Source: Azolla caroliniana (Eukaryota > Plantae > Polypodiophyta). Taken from it: a stretch of DNA of 64,000 bases. Within the stretch, counting starts at the first letter, position 1. Every line of letters starts with the position of its first letter. The stretch is taken from the NCBI GenBank assembly GCA_043228905.1, contig JBHGNT010000009.1, positions 22,072,001 through 22,136,000 on the forward strand, read 5' to 3'. Below the pieces are notes generated by a model. It ran no database searches. It saw only the letters and a list, made by a program, of their open reading frames with translations, and was not told the DNA's origin. Of the stretch, positions 49,401 through 62,063 are shown in pieces. A program made the position numbers and the translations under genes.

Positions 49401-52400
49401 CAAAATTATGTGCTGCTTTGTAGTTTTCATTGATCAAATTGCGGTCTCCATACAGAGTCAACATTCATTGCTTAAACATCAGGACTTAGTGTAACATATA
49501 CTACTGTTATTTTCTTTCTACGCTCAGTTTGCTTATATTCTTCTATTGAATTACAGGCTTTCCTAGTGACTTGCATGATCTGTTCCATGATGTTCTGGAT
49601 GCCCCTGAATTAAGAAATATATCCTCCGATAAGGACTTGAAAGAAGGTACTCCAGCAATGAATTTGATAGATACAAACAGTAAAGCGGAATCCTCATTTG
49701 GTAATAAAAATGACCCAAGCAAAGATGGTCCTGTAATTTTACAAAATATAGTATCAGATAGACCTGAAGATTCTGCATTAGGAGACTTCTCTGAGCAGGT
49801 GGGAGGAGACATTGAAATTACAGGTAACTTGAATGAGGACTTAGTTGAAGGAGAAATAATGAAGCATATGGATTCTAACATACAAGATAATGGACAAGAA
49901 GCATCAGAAAAATGCACAGTAGAGCTTTCTTCCGGAATGCATGATGATTCTCATGCGCAAAATTTAGAAAATATAAATATGTCAGAAGCAAAACATCTGG
50001 AGGTATTACGACGACCAGAAACAAGTGAAGACGCAGCAGAAGTAACACATCTGGAGGTATTAGAACCAGAAGCATGTAAACAAGCTGTAGGGGTAACATA
50101 TACAGAGGGCTTAGAAGGACCAGAAACAAGTGAACAAGTTGTAGAAATGACACATATGGATGTCTTAGAAGGACCAGATGCAAGTGAACGAGCTGTAGAA
50201 ATAACACAGATAGAGGTCCTAGAAGGATCAGAAGCAAATGAGCAATCTTTAGGAATAAAATACCCAGAGGTCTTAGAAGTATCAAAATCAAGCGAACAAG
50301 CTGTTGAAAATGACGTTATCAATGAAGAAAATAATCCAGAGAAGGAACAATCTACTGTGATAGAAATGGAGAATAATGCAGGTATTATGGATGATAGTGG
50401 AGGTAAGGATAATATGTTGCAAGGGGATACTACAATAAGTGCAGATGAAAACTTGGAACATATTAGTACACAGCAATGTGCACAAGATGCTGATCAAGGA
50501 GAGTTCAATATCCATAAAAATGAACTGAACTCTCAGGTCATGCGTTCAGATTTAGAGAAAGATGTTACTGATCTGTCAATTGTGACAGATCGAGAACATA
50601 TTGATGTTTCTGAGACACAGCTGCAACCAAGGAATGAAAACGATGCAATCCAGGCTGCTTTAGAGGCCTCTGATGAGAATAACGGTGAAGTAAGTGTTTT
50701 CTCATTTTTATTATTTTTGCTGGCGATTGTGGCATCGATTGTGGGATATCCTTTTATTGTTTGTATTAAAACTGTCACATCTTAGTTTCTTTATGTGCCT
50801 GTTGTAGGTTTCTGCTATGATGGCGAAGGATGGACATACAGGTATCCACTGTGACATTGCTTAACTGTGCTCTACTTTAATGCCATTGATCTATAAATCC
50901 ACTGTATGTTGAAATTTGAACCAGTTTTCCCTATCCATTAAGAATCTCATAGGGGCTCAGATATGAAGAATTCCAGAGTAGTCTTGCCTATTTTACCGTG
51001 TTGTAGTTGTCATTCTGTCCTTCAACAGTATAAGCTAAGGTTTCAATCTTTGAAAGCAAAATTTCTGGTGAACATGTTAAATTTGATTTTCTCGGAGGTT
51101 TCTAACCTTTTAGGAGCAAAACTTCTGGTGCAGATGTTAATATCTGTTTCTTGGTCTGTCCCTTAACATTTTCTTTATCGTCGTCACATTTAACAGTACT
51201 TACTAGTACATACATAATCCATGCATGTGCTTTTGTACTGTTTGTTGATAACTTCTAAAATATTGGTTTTTTATGTACTGAAACTCAAATTTACTTTGCT
51301 GGTACACAATTGAAATGCTTCTGTTCCAAATTCAGGAAATTGCTGTTAAAACAGAATGATGTGTTCGACACATCTTTAATGTTTTCAGAATGCAAGTCAT
51401 AGAATCTAACCAGATATAAACTATTAGGGATTAAATACTTTCCCATGGTAGTGTTGATTTCAATCCATTTTTTGTATCTGGACTGCAGACTTCCTTGCAG
51501 ATGATGATGAAATGGCATATGCTGAGGTGTATGAGGACTCAGGTGATGAACGTGACCCATCCATTCTCGAGAACAGTGGATGGTCTGTGCGCTCCAGGTC
51601 TAGTTTCTAACACTCTTTTAGAAATTTGGGTTTTTTTCTTCTGTAGGTGTAGTTTCGTTCTGAGCAGCATGGAGAACTTCATTTTTTTGTATTCAGATCA
51701 TATTCTGTTTTTTGAACCGCAATTCTGTTTAGTGATGATATGTAAATACTTTGTGGTGCTGAAACGAATGATGTTTTGGTACAGGAAAGTGGGACGATAC
51801 TTGAAAACAATGTTTGAAGGAATGGAAGACATCTCCAACAAAACTGGTCAAGATCATCGTAATTTGGGATTAGAACGATTGCTTGCATGCAAAACTAGGA
51901 GGGAAGCTGCAAGAATGTTTTTCGAAACATTGGTCATCTCTCTCTCTCTCTCTCTCTCTCTTTGCTATTTGGAGTAATTAAAACATTCTCTTCATTCTCA
52001 TGTTTTGTATGGTGTATATGTAATACATGATGCAAGTAAATTACCTACAAGAAACAGGGGAAACATAAATACCAACTTTTTTCCATGATTGATATACATA
52101 CAAAACTGGTTCATGAGAAAGCTAGGATACGTATTACACAATTAAGCTAGGATACTTAAAGCACACATTAAGATTTAAGCAGGCTTCATACCATTTTTAC
52201 ATCACAGCAAGGCGTTCCATTGAATAATTTTTTATCACAATTTTGTGTATGCATAATTCTTGATATTCTGCAGTTTATAGTTTGTTCCATAAAAAATTGC
52301 AATCTTTGCTTCTTGATATACAGGTTTTGAAGACAAAAGGCTATATTCAGGTAGAACAGGAATTGGCATACGAAGATATTCATTTGTACCCTAGTCCGAA

Positions 52401-52422
52401 GCTTATGAAGACGACATTCTAG
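43173..52422 (+). CDS. RAD21: RAD21/SCC1 alpha-kleisin cohesin subunit (SYN4-type), 13 coding exons, ~1377 aa
   Basis: Exons 43173-43296, 44361-44640, 46040-46140, 46235-46284, 46394-46458, 46540-48254, 48339-48477, 48553-48689, 49557-50689, 50808-50841, 51489-51597, 51785-51932, 52324-52422. All GT-AG with consistent phases (4134 nt). N-terminus MFYSQFILAKKGPLGTIWIAAH..IALRLSGHLLLGVVR; C-terminal winged helix ENSGWS..TRREAARMFFETLVLKTKGYIQVEQ. Confidence 0.95.
47784..47933 (+). repeat. 75-bp in-frame tandem duplication (25 aa) in RAD21 exon 6
   Basis: ENLETQATPEAQDGDAAGQQPDVLP x2; one synonymous difference seen. Confidence 0.93.
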
Positions 52423-55400
52423 AAACCAATGTTCAGTCGACTAAAAGCATGGAATCTAACCTTGTAATTTTAACTTTTACATACATGATCCGATCAGGAA
52501 AGAAATTTGGTAAAGAGTCTGGAGATGATTCTCTCGTATCAACTTTGCGAAGGGTAGCCAGCTAGTTACTACACCTTCCATGGGAGAGAACTCCGCCTAC
52601 CTGTGTACAATATTCAAATTTGTAAATGTGTGCAATTTATTTATACCTCAATACATTATTAATATTCACTAATTAAACTTTTTTCTCCATATTATTGGCC
52701 CATCCCCACATTCCTCTCCCGTTTAGCTCCAGGGTATTTATGCACATTTGTTTCATGAGCACATTCAGTTCAATTGCTTATTTGGTTGTGTTGCAATGCC
52801 CTCTTTTTGAAGACAGATCTCCAAAACTATTGTTCCTTTCATGCATATTGAGCACTGTCTTATTTAAAAAATCATCAAATGTTGCGCAATAACAGACAAA
52901 GATGCCATTTTCCTAGGGAAGAATGGGTAGAGAAATAAAAAATGTGTTGTAGTGAATCCATTTTTTAGCCTTAGATTTGTTAAGCAAAAAATGACAGAGA
53001 TTTCTTGATTTGTTCAATCAGAATGTGTCACTATAAGAGCATACTATTTGTAGATTTACCATCCTACCATGTGAAAACTTGATTGAAGATAATATTGGGC
53101 TAAAAGGTCTCGATCCTAGTTGCTCCATGAATATGCAGCCCACTATGATGATATCATGACGATGTATATATTTTGCTTGCAACTGATTGCAACAGCACAC
53201 TATCCACCTCCACATTTATCTAATGGTCAAGACTCTTGTGGAGTGCATGGAGAAACAAATCTAATTCAAAGTTCAACATTTATAGAAAATAAAGATACAA
53301 ATTCAATGGTATTGTCATGTTTATAGTTTGGGATTGTGAATGAAAAGAAAGCAATTGTATAGAACATCTCCCAAAAATGAACCATCTTTGCCAAAGTCTA
53401 GGTAATCCAAAAAAGCTCACGTGCACAAGGTCATGATAAAGACTATAATGCAAGCATAACATTCAACTAGACCATATCATACATAAGCACACAATATACT
53501 GGAGACATGTAAACAAATAATCCATTCATATAAATAATTGAACACATACAATACATTTTAGTACCCACAATCACACCTTGTGATATGTGAATATTATTTT
53601 ATTTTATTATTATTTACAATGCTTGAGTTGAAAAGGCATGCTTCATTATTTGCTTGGCGTGCATAGGAAGTTAGCATATAACATTACAACTAGGGCAAGT
53701 GGTAATGCTATTTCCTAACAAGATATTACATGGTGTTGCTAGATTTTAATATGTCCAATATTGACATGATTCTAAAATGAGGACAACTTTACTGGTGGTC
53801 AAGAGAAATTGCATGATCTATTTTCTGCCAATTGACTTCATTAAAGATAAGGTTATGTGAATTCTTGTAACATTCTCAGATCTATCGTGGTGGGTATCCA
53901 TTCCACATGAAGATATTTTGGGAAAAATTTACTATTCAACCCTTAACATATGTTCAATGTAAGGGCATAATTTAAAGCACAAATATATTCTCTTATTTAA
54001 ATTAATGCATAATTTAAAGAATAGATGTTTTTCTTGTATTACAAGAGATAAATACAAGCACAATGATATATATATGCAAGCACACATACAAACAAAAAAA
54101 TTTGAAGGAATGTGCCACACATAATATTTATTTACAAACTTATTTAATATCCCAACGAGGAGGTTTGAGGTAAACCTCGAAGTAATCAGTGTATTGTACA
54201 CATTGTCACCCACTGCTACAATAGGTGATAAAATGACTGCATAGTTGGTTCACACATACATACATCTGTAAGGTTCTTACACATTGCGGTGTATGTATAT
54301 TGTGGTTTTGGCACACAAAGTGTGAAAAGGATATTATTAATTCCTAACACTTATGCCTATGAAGTTCAAACTTAGAACTTCGAACGTAACACATTAACAC
54401 ATTACCTTGCAACTTGACATGTTTTTATAATGCGTGCAATCAAAGAATGGGAAACATAAAAAATAAGCTTGGAAGTGTGTCATGATGATTTGTCTCGGGA
54501 AGAACATAATGTAAGTCAAGTATTTTGACCAAGGGGGCAGGGCATGCGGCATGGGCCATGAATAATGATGAAGCTATGAAGGGTCACTTTTGGGAGTTCA
54601 ATCATATGTGGGCATCTAGGGTTTAGCCTTGTGTTCAAAACCCCAAAAAACAAAAAAAACAAATCATTCCAAAAAGATTAAATGAACCTTCACCTAGATC
54701 TTGTAGAAATGATTGATTAACAATATCTTAAAAAGCATTTCAATGCCATAACTCGTAATGTGGAGGCTATTTGTACCTTCAATCTTCGGTGAAAATTACA
54801 CTCTAAGCACCGATTCTTCTTTTTAGGGGGGAGGGATAGTGCTTTAAACCACATGGCGAGCTTAGAGTTGGGACTTGTCAAGAAATAAAATAATTTGTGC
54901 TTGTCCCTACAAAAGGAGCATGTCTCCGGTTCCACCCTCTCTTTCTCTATGTGTGTGAGATGTAGATTGATTGTTACCTATTGAACAATCCAATGACAAT
55001 CACAATTTAAAATAGCACGAGCTAAGTGAGGGGGTTGTGTTGCTTGCTTTATAAGAAGACATGCTCCCCTTTGAAGAGTAGTGGTAGGACAACTCTAAAG
55101 AGTTTTCATCTCAACTCGTCATCTCCATATCTAATCATAGAGGAGTTCACTCACTCTCTCTCACATTCACACACACACACACACACACAACAATTGTTCA
55201 TCATTGTTTTCCTCCATATGTCATCCCCCCCATGTATGTATACATAAGCTTGCCTAGAAATCTCTAGCATCCATGTAACTCATGGAAAGCCCTTTGAAGT
55301 GTCGAACTTGGTTGGGCACAACATTGTTTCTTGTAAAGAGTGGAATGCATAGAGAAAATACCAGTACACATGATTCTTTCCCAAGCTTTCAATAACATTT

Positions 55401-56679
55401 TGGGTAATATTTTTTCTTCCATTTCCTATTGTTTTGAGTATGTAAAGGGAACTTAATGATCATTGTAACTATTTAGTCATTATAACTAGATTTACTTCTT
55501 CATAATGTCACAGATTTCGATTATGTAGAAAATGATGTTGAAGCTTGAAGGATTGCACATGGTGAACTAAGACAAATGAGTTCAATCCCTCTCCATGGTA
55601 CCCCAAGCTTGATAAAAAGCCTAAAATTGTCAAAGCAAACACAAATGCTCACAAAGATGGTTCATGTGGATTTGAAGCTAAGGTACATGCAATATTCCAA
55701 TATCAAGAATATGACATGTTATAATGTCTCTACTATTAATGGGGTTTGTAGCAAGAGGCTTCTAACATATACAAGTGTTTTAGAAAAGAATTTGATTCCA
55801 CGGTATCTCACATTAGGGCGCTATCTCTTTTGAGCTTTCCCATGTATGTTTGGCCACGATCAATGTATCTCCTTCTCTTGACCTTGCAAGACCCTGGTTG
55901 TCACCACTTGCAAGATCAATAAAACATCTTACTTTGGCCAATTTCATAATGTCTATTCCTCCTGAGCTTGGTTGTACATGCAATATTTTTATTGAAATAG
56001 GAGAAATTTTCTTGTGAAAATGATGGTTCTAGCAATGAAATGTAATTTGTGGTTTACAATATCTAACTTTCATTTCACTTTTAAAGAAGGGATTTGATTA
56101 AGATGAATCAAACTTATCATTCTATGTCAATAGAACAATCGATATTTAATGTCAAAATGACTTCTTTGTCCAAATGTAAGGTAGCCTAGCATACCACATG
56201 AGGTTCATAACAAGGTCATTACTAATTTACTAGTTTAGTAAATGGTTAGCATGGGGTGTAAAAAGGTAGCACAATAGGGCATTCATAAGGCTAAGAGTTT
56301 TGACAATAACAATGAGGTGTTACATGAACCAAGGGCTCTTGTTTTCATTTTTATGTAGAGGTTGGCAAGGACTAGGTCCAAAGGAGTCATTGTTCTTAAC
56401 TTGACCTCGCGTGAATTCTTATGTTGCTTATCAATCATGCAAGCAAAACATTTTTTCAGAACATGTCGCTAAAATGGTTGCTTGATTGATATTAAAACTG
56501 GTTTGCTCAACTGTAGGAAAACGTAGCCTTATAATCTATGAGGTTCTTCTTTTGTCCATCCTCTGTTTAGACGAAAATATGCCGTTATATTCGTTTGTGC
56601 ACTATTTCCATCATAATTCGCAAAGCTTTGTCTATAACACAAGACACTCCTAATATATTTTGGACAAAGAATTGCATAC

Positions 56680-57082
56680 ACGGGAATACTACAATATAGA
56701 ATGGCATAATACAATCCAATATTATACAATTCGAAAGATTAGTCAATGGAAACAATGGCGATGTATGTTGGCAACCTCTCATGTGTCCAACATACACTAG
56801 TTTTACAACGTCTTCTTCATGTATCTATACATGATTCCCATCTCCCCTCACAACCTCAAAATTCATACATTAATACATTGTCGGGAATACAATATAGAAC
56901 GATGTCATACAATCCAATATTATACAATCTGAAAGATTGGTCAATAGAAACAATGGCGATGATGGCAGCAACATCATTGATTGATATGTTGACAACCTCT
57001 CATGTGTCCAACATACACTAGTTTTACAACATCTTGTTCATGTATTCATACATGATTCCCATATCTCCTCAACAACCTCAAA
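56680..57082. repeat. ~200-bp tandem duplication downstream of the ERF stop
   Basis: CGGGAATAC..ATATAGAA...TACAATCCAATATTATACAAT...CATGTGTCCAACATACACTAGTTTTACAAC...CAACCTCAAAAT occurs twice. Confidence 0.85.
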
Positions 57083-57155
57083 ATGTGAGGGGTTTGTGCA
57101 TTACATTATGTGCATAAACAAAAAAGAAAAAGAAAACTCAAAATTGGTATTAACT

Positions 57156-58772
57156 TCACATGATCCATTCTTGCATGGTGGCATCACAACCCCAGAAGGC
57201 CTTGTCAAGCAAATCATCGATCGAGAGGAACTCATCATTCCATTTCCCGAGCATTGCCGATGGTTGATCGCATGTCGGTGAGCGGGTATTAATGGTAGAA
57301 CAACTACAAGGTGCCGAGGAGCTCAAGGGCTCCGCTTCATGTGAAGAAAACACCACTTCTTCTTCTTCGATGGGGGATGATGCAGCATTTTCGTCCTCGT
57401 ATTCATCGGTAGGGAAGTTGAAGGCATACATTGGTCCGGAATTTGAATATAGCGTGGTCCCGCTCACTACATTTTCATCGAGCTTAACGTGCGCATTAGA
57501 TATACCGTAACAATGTCCTCCTTGTGTTTCATCATGTTGTCGGTTGCTCCGAAGATCATGGTGCTCTTGCATATAACATCTCAATTCTTGAGGAGGTTTC
57601 GATCGATCTATTAGCCGTTCTTCTTCTTCTTCTTCGCGGGTACGTCTTCGTTCAATTCGAATGACATGACCTAATTTTGGAGAGGTGGTTCTATTTCCTT
57701 CTTGAGCAAACGCTGAACCGTTCAGCCAGGTGAGATTCCGAGTTGGTTCGTTCTTCTTCTTCTTCTTCGATATGTTTCCCATCTTAGGCTTCTTTTTGAC
57801 GAGCGGATCCTCGGGTTTTCGGGCTTCGAGGGGGAAATTAAGTTTGGCCTTTTGGCCTCGGATCCGTAGGGCGGCTTGGTCGTACGCGCGGGCCGCTTCT
57901 TCGGCCGTTTCAAAAGTGCCGAGCCACACCCTCATGCCTCGTCCGGGGTCCCGGATCTCAGCCGCATATTTGCCCCACGGGCGTCTCCTGATGCCTCGAT
58001 ACACATGTTTCCGCTTCCTTTCTTGGGGAGGAAGGGGTGCCCGAATTGGCTCGCCGACGGAATCATAGTTTTCCTTGGTTACTATATATATCAAGCAAGG
58101 AGGTAAAATTAGTTGTGCAAAATTTTATGCAGGGATTCAAGGCATATATTAGAATAGTTTGTAGATAGCATGGTGGATTCGGATTTGTCCGAGAGGAGCT
58201 CGACATAACAGCTATGTTGATCCATATGGCATACATAAGGATGGTACCCTAACAGATTTTTTGGGGCCCCCCTGATGCTCTCAATTCTTCAAGATAACAC
58301 TAGGGTTTTGTTTCAAAATCTTGTTAGGGACAAACCTTCCATGGATTCAATTTTGAAGGTGAGAAAGAGAGTTCAAGGGATGGGAAGGTGTCAATTTACC
58401 TTGGAAACACAGAGGCTCCTCCTCTTCCTTGATTCGTTGAGGATCGGCAGCATCATAGAGATGGATTTCGGTACCATTTTCGGGGGTTTTCTCGGTAACT
58501 TCGGATTGGAGCGGTCCAATTTTAGGGCAAACAAGGTCGAAGAGATCGGCGGGATCAATATTGCTCTCGGAGAAGGCGGGCCCATCCCATCTGGGATCTG
58601 GGCCGAGCTCGATCCCGCCAGTATCTGTAGAATTGATGGTACTGCTGGGATCAAGGCATGATGATGATGATGATGATGAGGAGGAGGATTGATTCAAGAG
58701 CTTGAACAAGTCATAGTCTTGATTAGGGTTAGGAAAAGAGAAGGCAACGGGGAGGAGCGGACCATAACACAT
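57156..58772 (-). CDS. AP2/ERF transcription factor, group-VII-like, 2 exons, ~432 aa, starting Met-Cys
   Basis: Exon 1 58772-58400 (MCYGPLL...LCFQ), phase-1 GT-AG intron, exon 2 58081-57156. [25 protein letters not shown]...[17 protein letters not shown]...KAKLNFP; intron upstream of the AP2 domain as in ERF-VII genes. Confidence 0.9.
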
Positions 58773-59300
58773 CTCATAAACAAGATTAGAGACCTTTTGA
58801 GTAGAGCAGGGAGATGAAGGGAAGAGGATTAGAGGATGGAACAGAGGGAATTGATTTTGGAGTTTAATAAATGAGGAAGAACAGAGTATATATATGTGTG
58901 TGTGTGTGTGTGTGAAGAGTGATTAAGGAGTGGATTGGTGGATGGAAACAGAGGATTAGAGAAGATTAGAAGATGGAAACAGAGTATATATTAAGATTAG
59001 GGAGGATTGGATGATGGAAATAGAGGATTAGGGAGGATTAATGGAGGGGGGTAGAAACAAAGTATCTATGTGAGAGAAGGGTGATTAAGGTTAAGATTAA
59101 GATTAAGAGGATTGGAAGATAGAACAGAGAAGATTAATGGGGGTTACAAATGGGGGAGAACAGAGTATATATGAGAGAGAAAAGTGGTTTTGTGTACCCC
59201 TAGTTTCTTCTAACCCCCCCACAGTTTCTCTCTTTTCTTCTTGTTTTGCTTGTATGTGTGTGTGTGTGTGATAGGATTATGCATGGGTAAAACCTGAGAA

Positions 59301-59549
59301 TTGACCCTCGTGATCGGGCGGGCCCGCACCCCCGACCCTTTATGCATTCGGGAAGCCACACCCGACATGGCTCGTATAACGAAAAACCCGAGAAATATCG
59401 ACCCTCTTGATCAGGCGGCGGGCCCACACTCGTATAATAACCACCGATAAATCGCATCCCATCCGTGTATGCAGATGCCACAAACTGCACGGCTCGCCCC
59501 CGATTGCTATCGCATCAATCCTAATCACGAGGCTTTAGGGTTTAGGGTA
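59301..59549. promoter_or_regulatory. GC-rich upstream region of ERF with a duplicated GGGCCC-containing motif and a telo-box
   Basis: GACCCTC.TGATC(A)GGCG(GC)GGCCC.CAC at 59301-59329 and 59399-59429; TAGGGTTTAGGGT near 59537. Confidence 0.4.
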
Positions 59550-61963
59550 TTTTTGGACTTTGCCCGATTCCCATAGCCCTCGGACAACACCACTAAAACA
59601 TCCCTCTCGGTCTTCGGACGTCCCAATCCCAATACACAACTCGGACATGGACAACAAAACACCAGACGTCTTTTTGGACGTCATTGAACACAGAGGTCAT
59701 CTATAATAGTAGGAAAGATGAGGTAGAAGAGAGTTATACATGTGCCCTCTCGTACATATGTTCTTTTTTACGACTTCGAGGAAAATGGAAATGAGGTATG
59801 TCATATATTTTTAGCTAGCAAGATTTGTGAAAGTGCGCTCATTTGCCAACCTGACCGCCTAAATTTTTTCAAGAAGACGAAACCGGGATTCAATAAGTAA
59901 ATCATCGACCCAAGTCATGTGCCAAAGAAAGTCGTCATCCACTAGTTGTTTGGACATGTTCACCTATTGGATTTGTGAAAGAGCCCTTGTTCGAAACCCA
60001 ACCACATGCTCTGTACTATGAGGATGTGCCATCTCTTAGAATGTAAATACATATACATAATTGAGCATGTAAAGATCCAATGCGCACAAGCTCAATTGAT
60101 ATGGCCACAAGCATTCTATATTGAGGCCATGCGATGATGTATACGGGTTGTACAATTAAACTTGTTGGCTACTATATCTCGAGAGGATGATAACTATAAC
60201 TAGCATATCCGGAACCAGTGGATCGCACGTCCACTCGTCTCAATTCGAACTTCTATATTTTATTCGAATGCAAACCTCAATGCGCACAATTGAGCTATGC
60301 AACACTATATCAAACATGTGATGATAGATGTTGTCTAATGATTGTTTACCACTAGCAATATACCTTTAGAGCTCCCATTTACATTCCATTTTGGTGTAAT
60401 TCTCTTCACTTTTGTCCCTCGACACCATAATCTTCTTGGCTTATATTAAATAATATTGTTCAATTTTTCCTTGAAGCATACTCGGCTTCTCCCTTCGATA
60501 TGAGTATGATTGATTACAAAAGCAAGTGTGACATAGAATTGCTAAGGTTTACGACAAAAAGAAAAGAAAATGCAAGTGGAAGATATTTATATGCTACTTA
60601 CTACCTCACCAATCCAAACATCAAAATATTTAAAATAGAACATTTAAGGGCAATATCTCCATCAAGTTTGAGTTCTTTTGTAAATACATTTTTTGTTACT
60701 ACGATTCAATGGAGTTTCTACTTTCATGTAGTTGATTCATGGATATGGGCATGCATTTCTTTCACTGCTTTATGACAATTTGGCCCCTCTTGCAATAAGT
60801 TAAAATGGCAAAATGTTTTATGATCGTTTGTCGACGATAGTTTCCAATCTTCACGACATCATATGACATGGCTCACCTCAGGCATAGGTCATGTTTTCTA
60901 ATACATCTTTGGTAATATGTGACGAAGGTTATGTTGTGTGGATTGGACCTAGCAATAGGTTTAAGATATGTATCAAGGTATCTTTTTGGTTGCGGGGAAT
61001 ATACTTTAGCATGTACATTATATATTCTAATTATCTAGTACTTTCACTCTTGAGCACCTATGTACTTGCCCCCACAACTTTCCTTAGATCAATTGAAAAC
61101 CCTTAGAGGAGTAGTTTGTCCAATGTGAGTACCATATAATGTTATTTTAGGCCCCGCTCATTTTTGTAATTGTCTTGCTTTGACTTTCTTTTATGGCCCC
61201 ACATCATGCTATAATGCTCTATCATAGCATGCCTTTTCTACGTCTTGTCTTGAAATCACTCTTCTTGGCTTGGTTTACTTGCGACATCATTATCTTGGTT
61301 GACTCTCTTAGTTATGCCTCATATCAACCATAAGCAAGTGATGCAACATGGTCTCTCCTATGCATGCTCATCTTTTGCGGAAATCATATGTTACCGTTTG
61401 AGGTTTAGCATTACTTTTTTATAAACCAATGGTATTGTTTTTTATCCCAAAGTTATGTAAAGCAAACTTATACGCTTTCATGGTCCCGAGAATCAAAAAA
61501 TTGGAAAAAGAAAACCTTTGTAATCGTGTGAAATTACTACGAACATGATGGTTGACCCGATCTCAATGGAATAACATCAAGTCCATGATCTTGAGACTTG
61601 AGCCCACAGGCCACAACAACAAAGTTACAAGGGCCAAAGTGCTTTATTACAACACGCTGAAGGTATGTGGAGATGTAAGGCCCCACGGGGTATGATATGA
61701 TCTCATATTATTTAATAGGAAGCGCGTAGGAGTGGTTTCTCATAAAACTATAAAAAGATTTAAAAGGCGAAAATCATATCGAAATCTTCATATGTGTGAT
61801 GCACATACAAGAAATGGCAGTATTCATTCGCATTATGCACGATCCGGTAATGAAAGATAAAAAGTATCTGCGGCTCGTTTTCACGATGTGGATGGGTATA
61901 CGCGTACGAAGAACATAAGATGTGGTCCGGTCATTCATGGGGGTGCCAAAGCATAGAACTAAC

Positions 61964-62001
<38 letters not shown>

Positions 62002-62063
62002 ACTGTATATAACATGGTAGAGGCTCTTCTTCCTTTTTGCTTTGCTCTTTTTCTTTTCACACT

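Noticed and set aside
46583-50785. 568-aa and 404-aa ORFs as separate genes
   Set aside because: They are large internal exons of RAD21 with consistent splice phases.
57156-58094. 312-aa single-exon ERF starting at TTG
   Set aside because: The start lies in the intron; the real N-terminus comes from the upstream exon.
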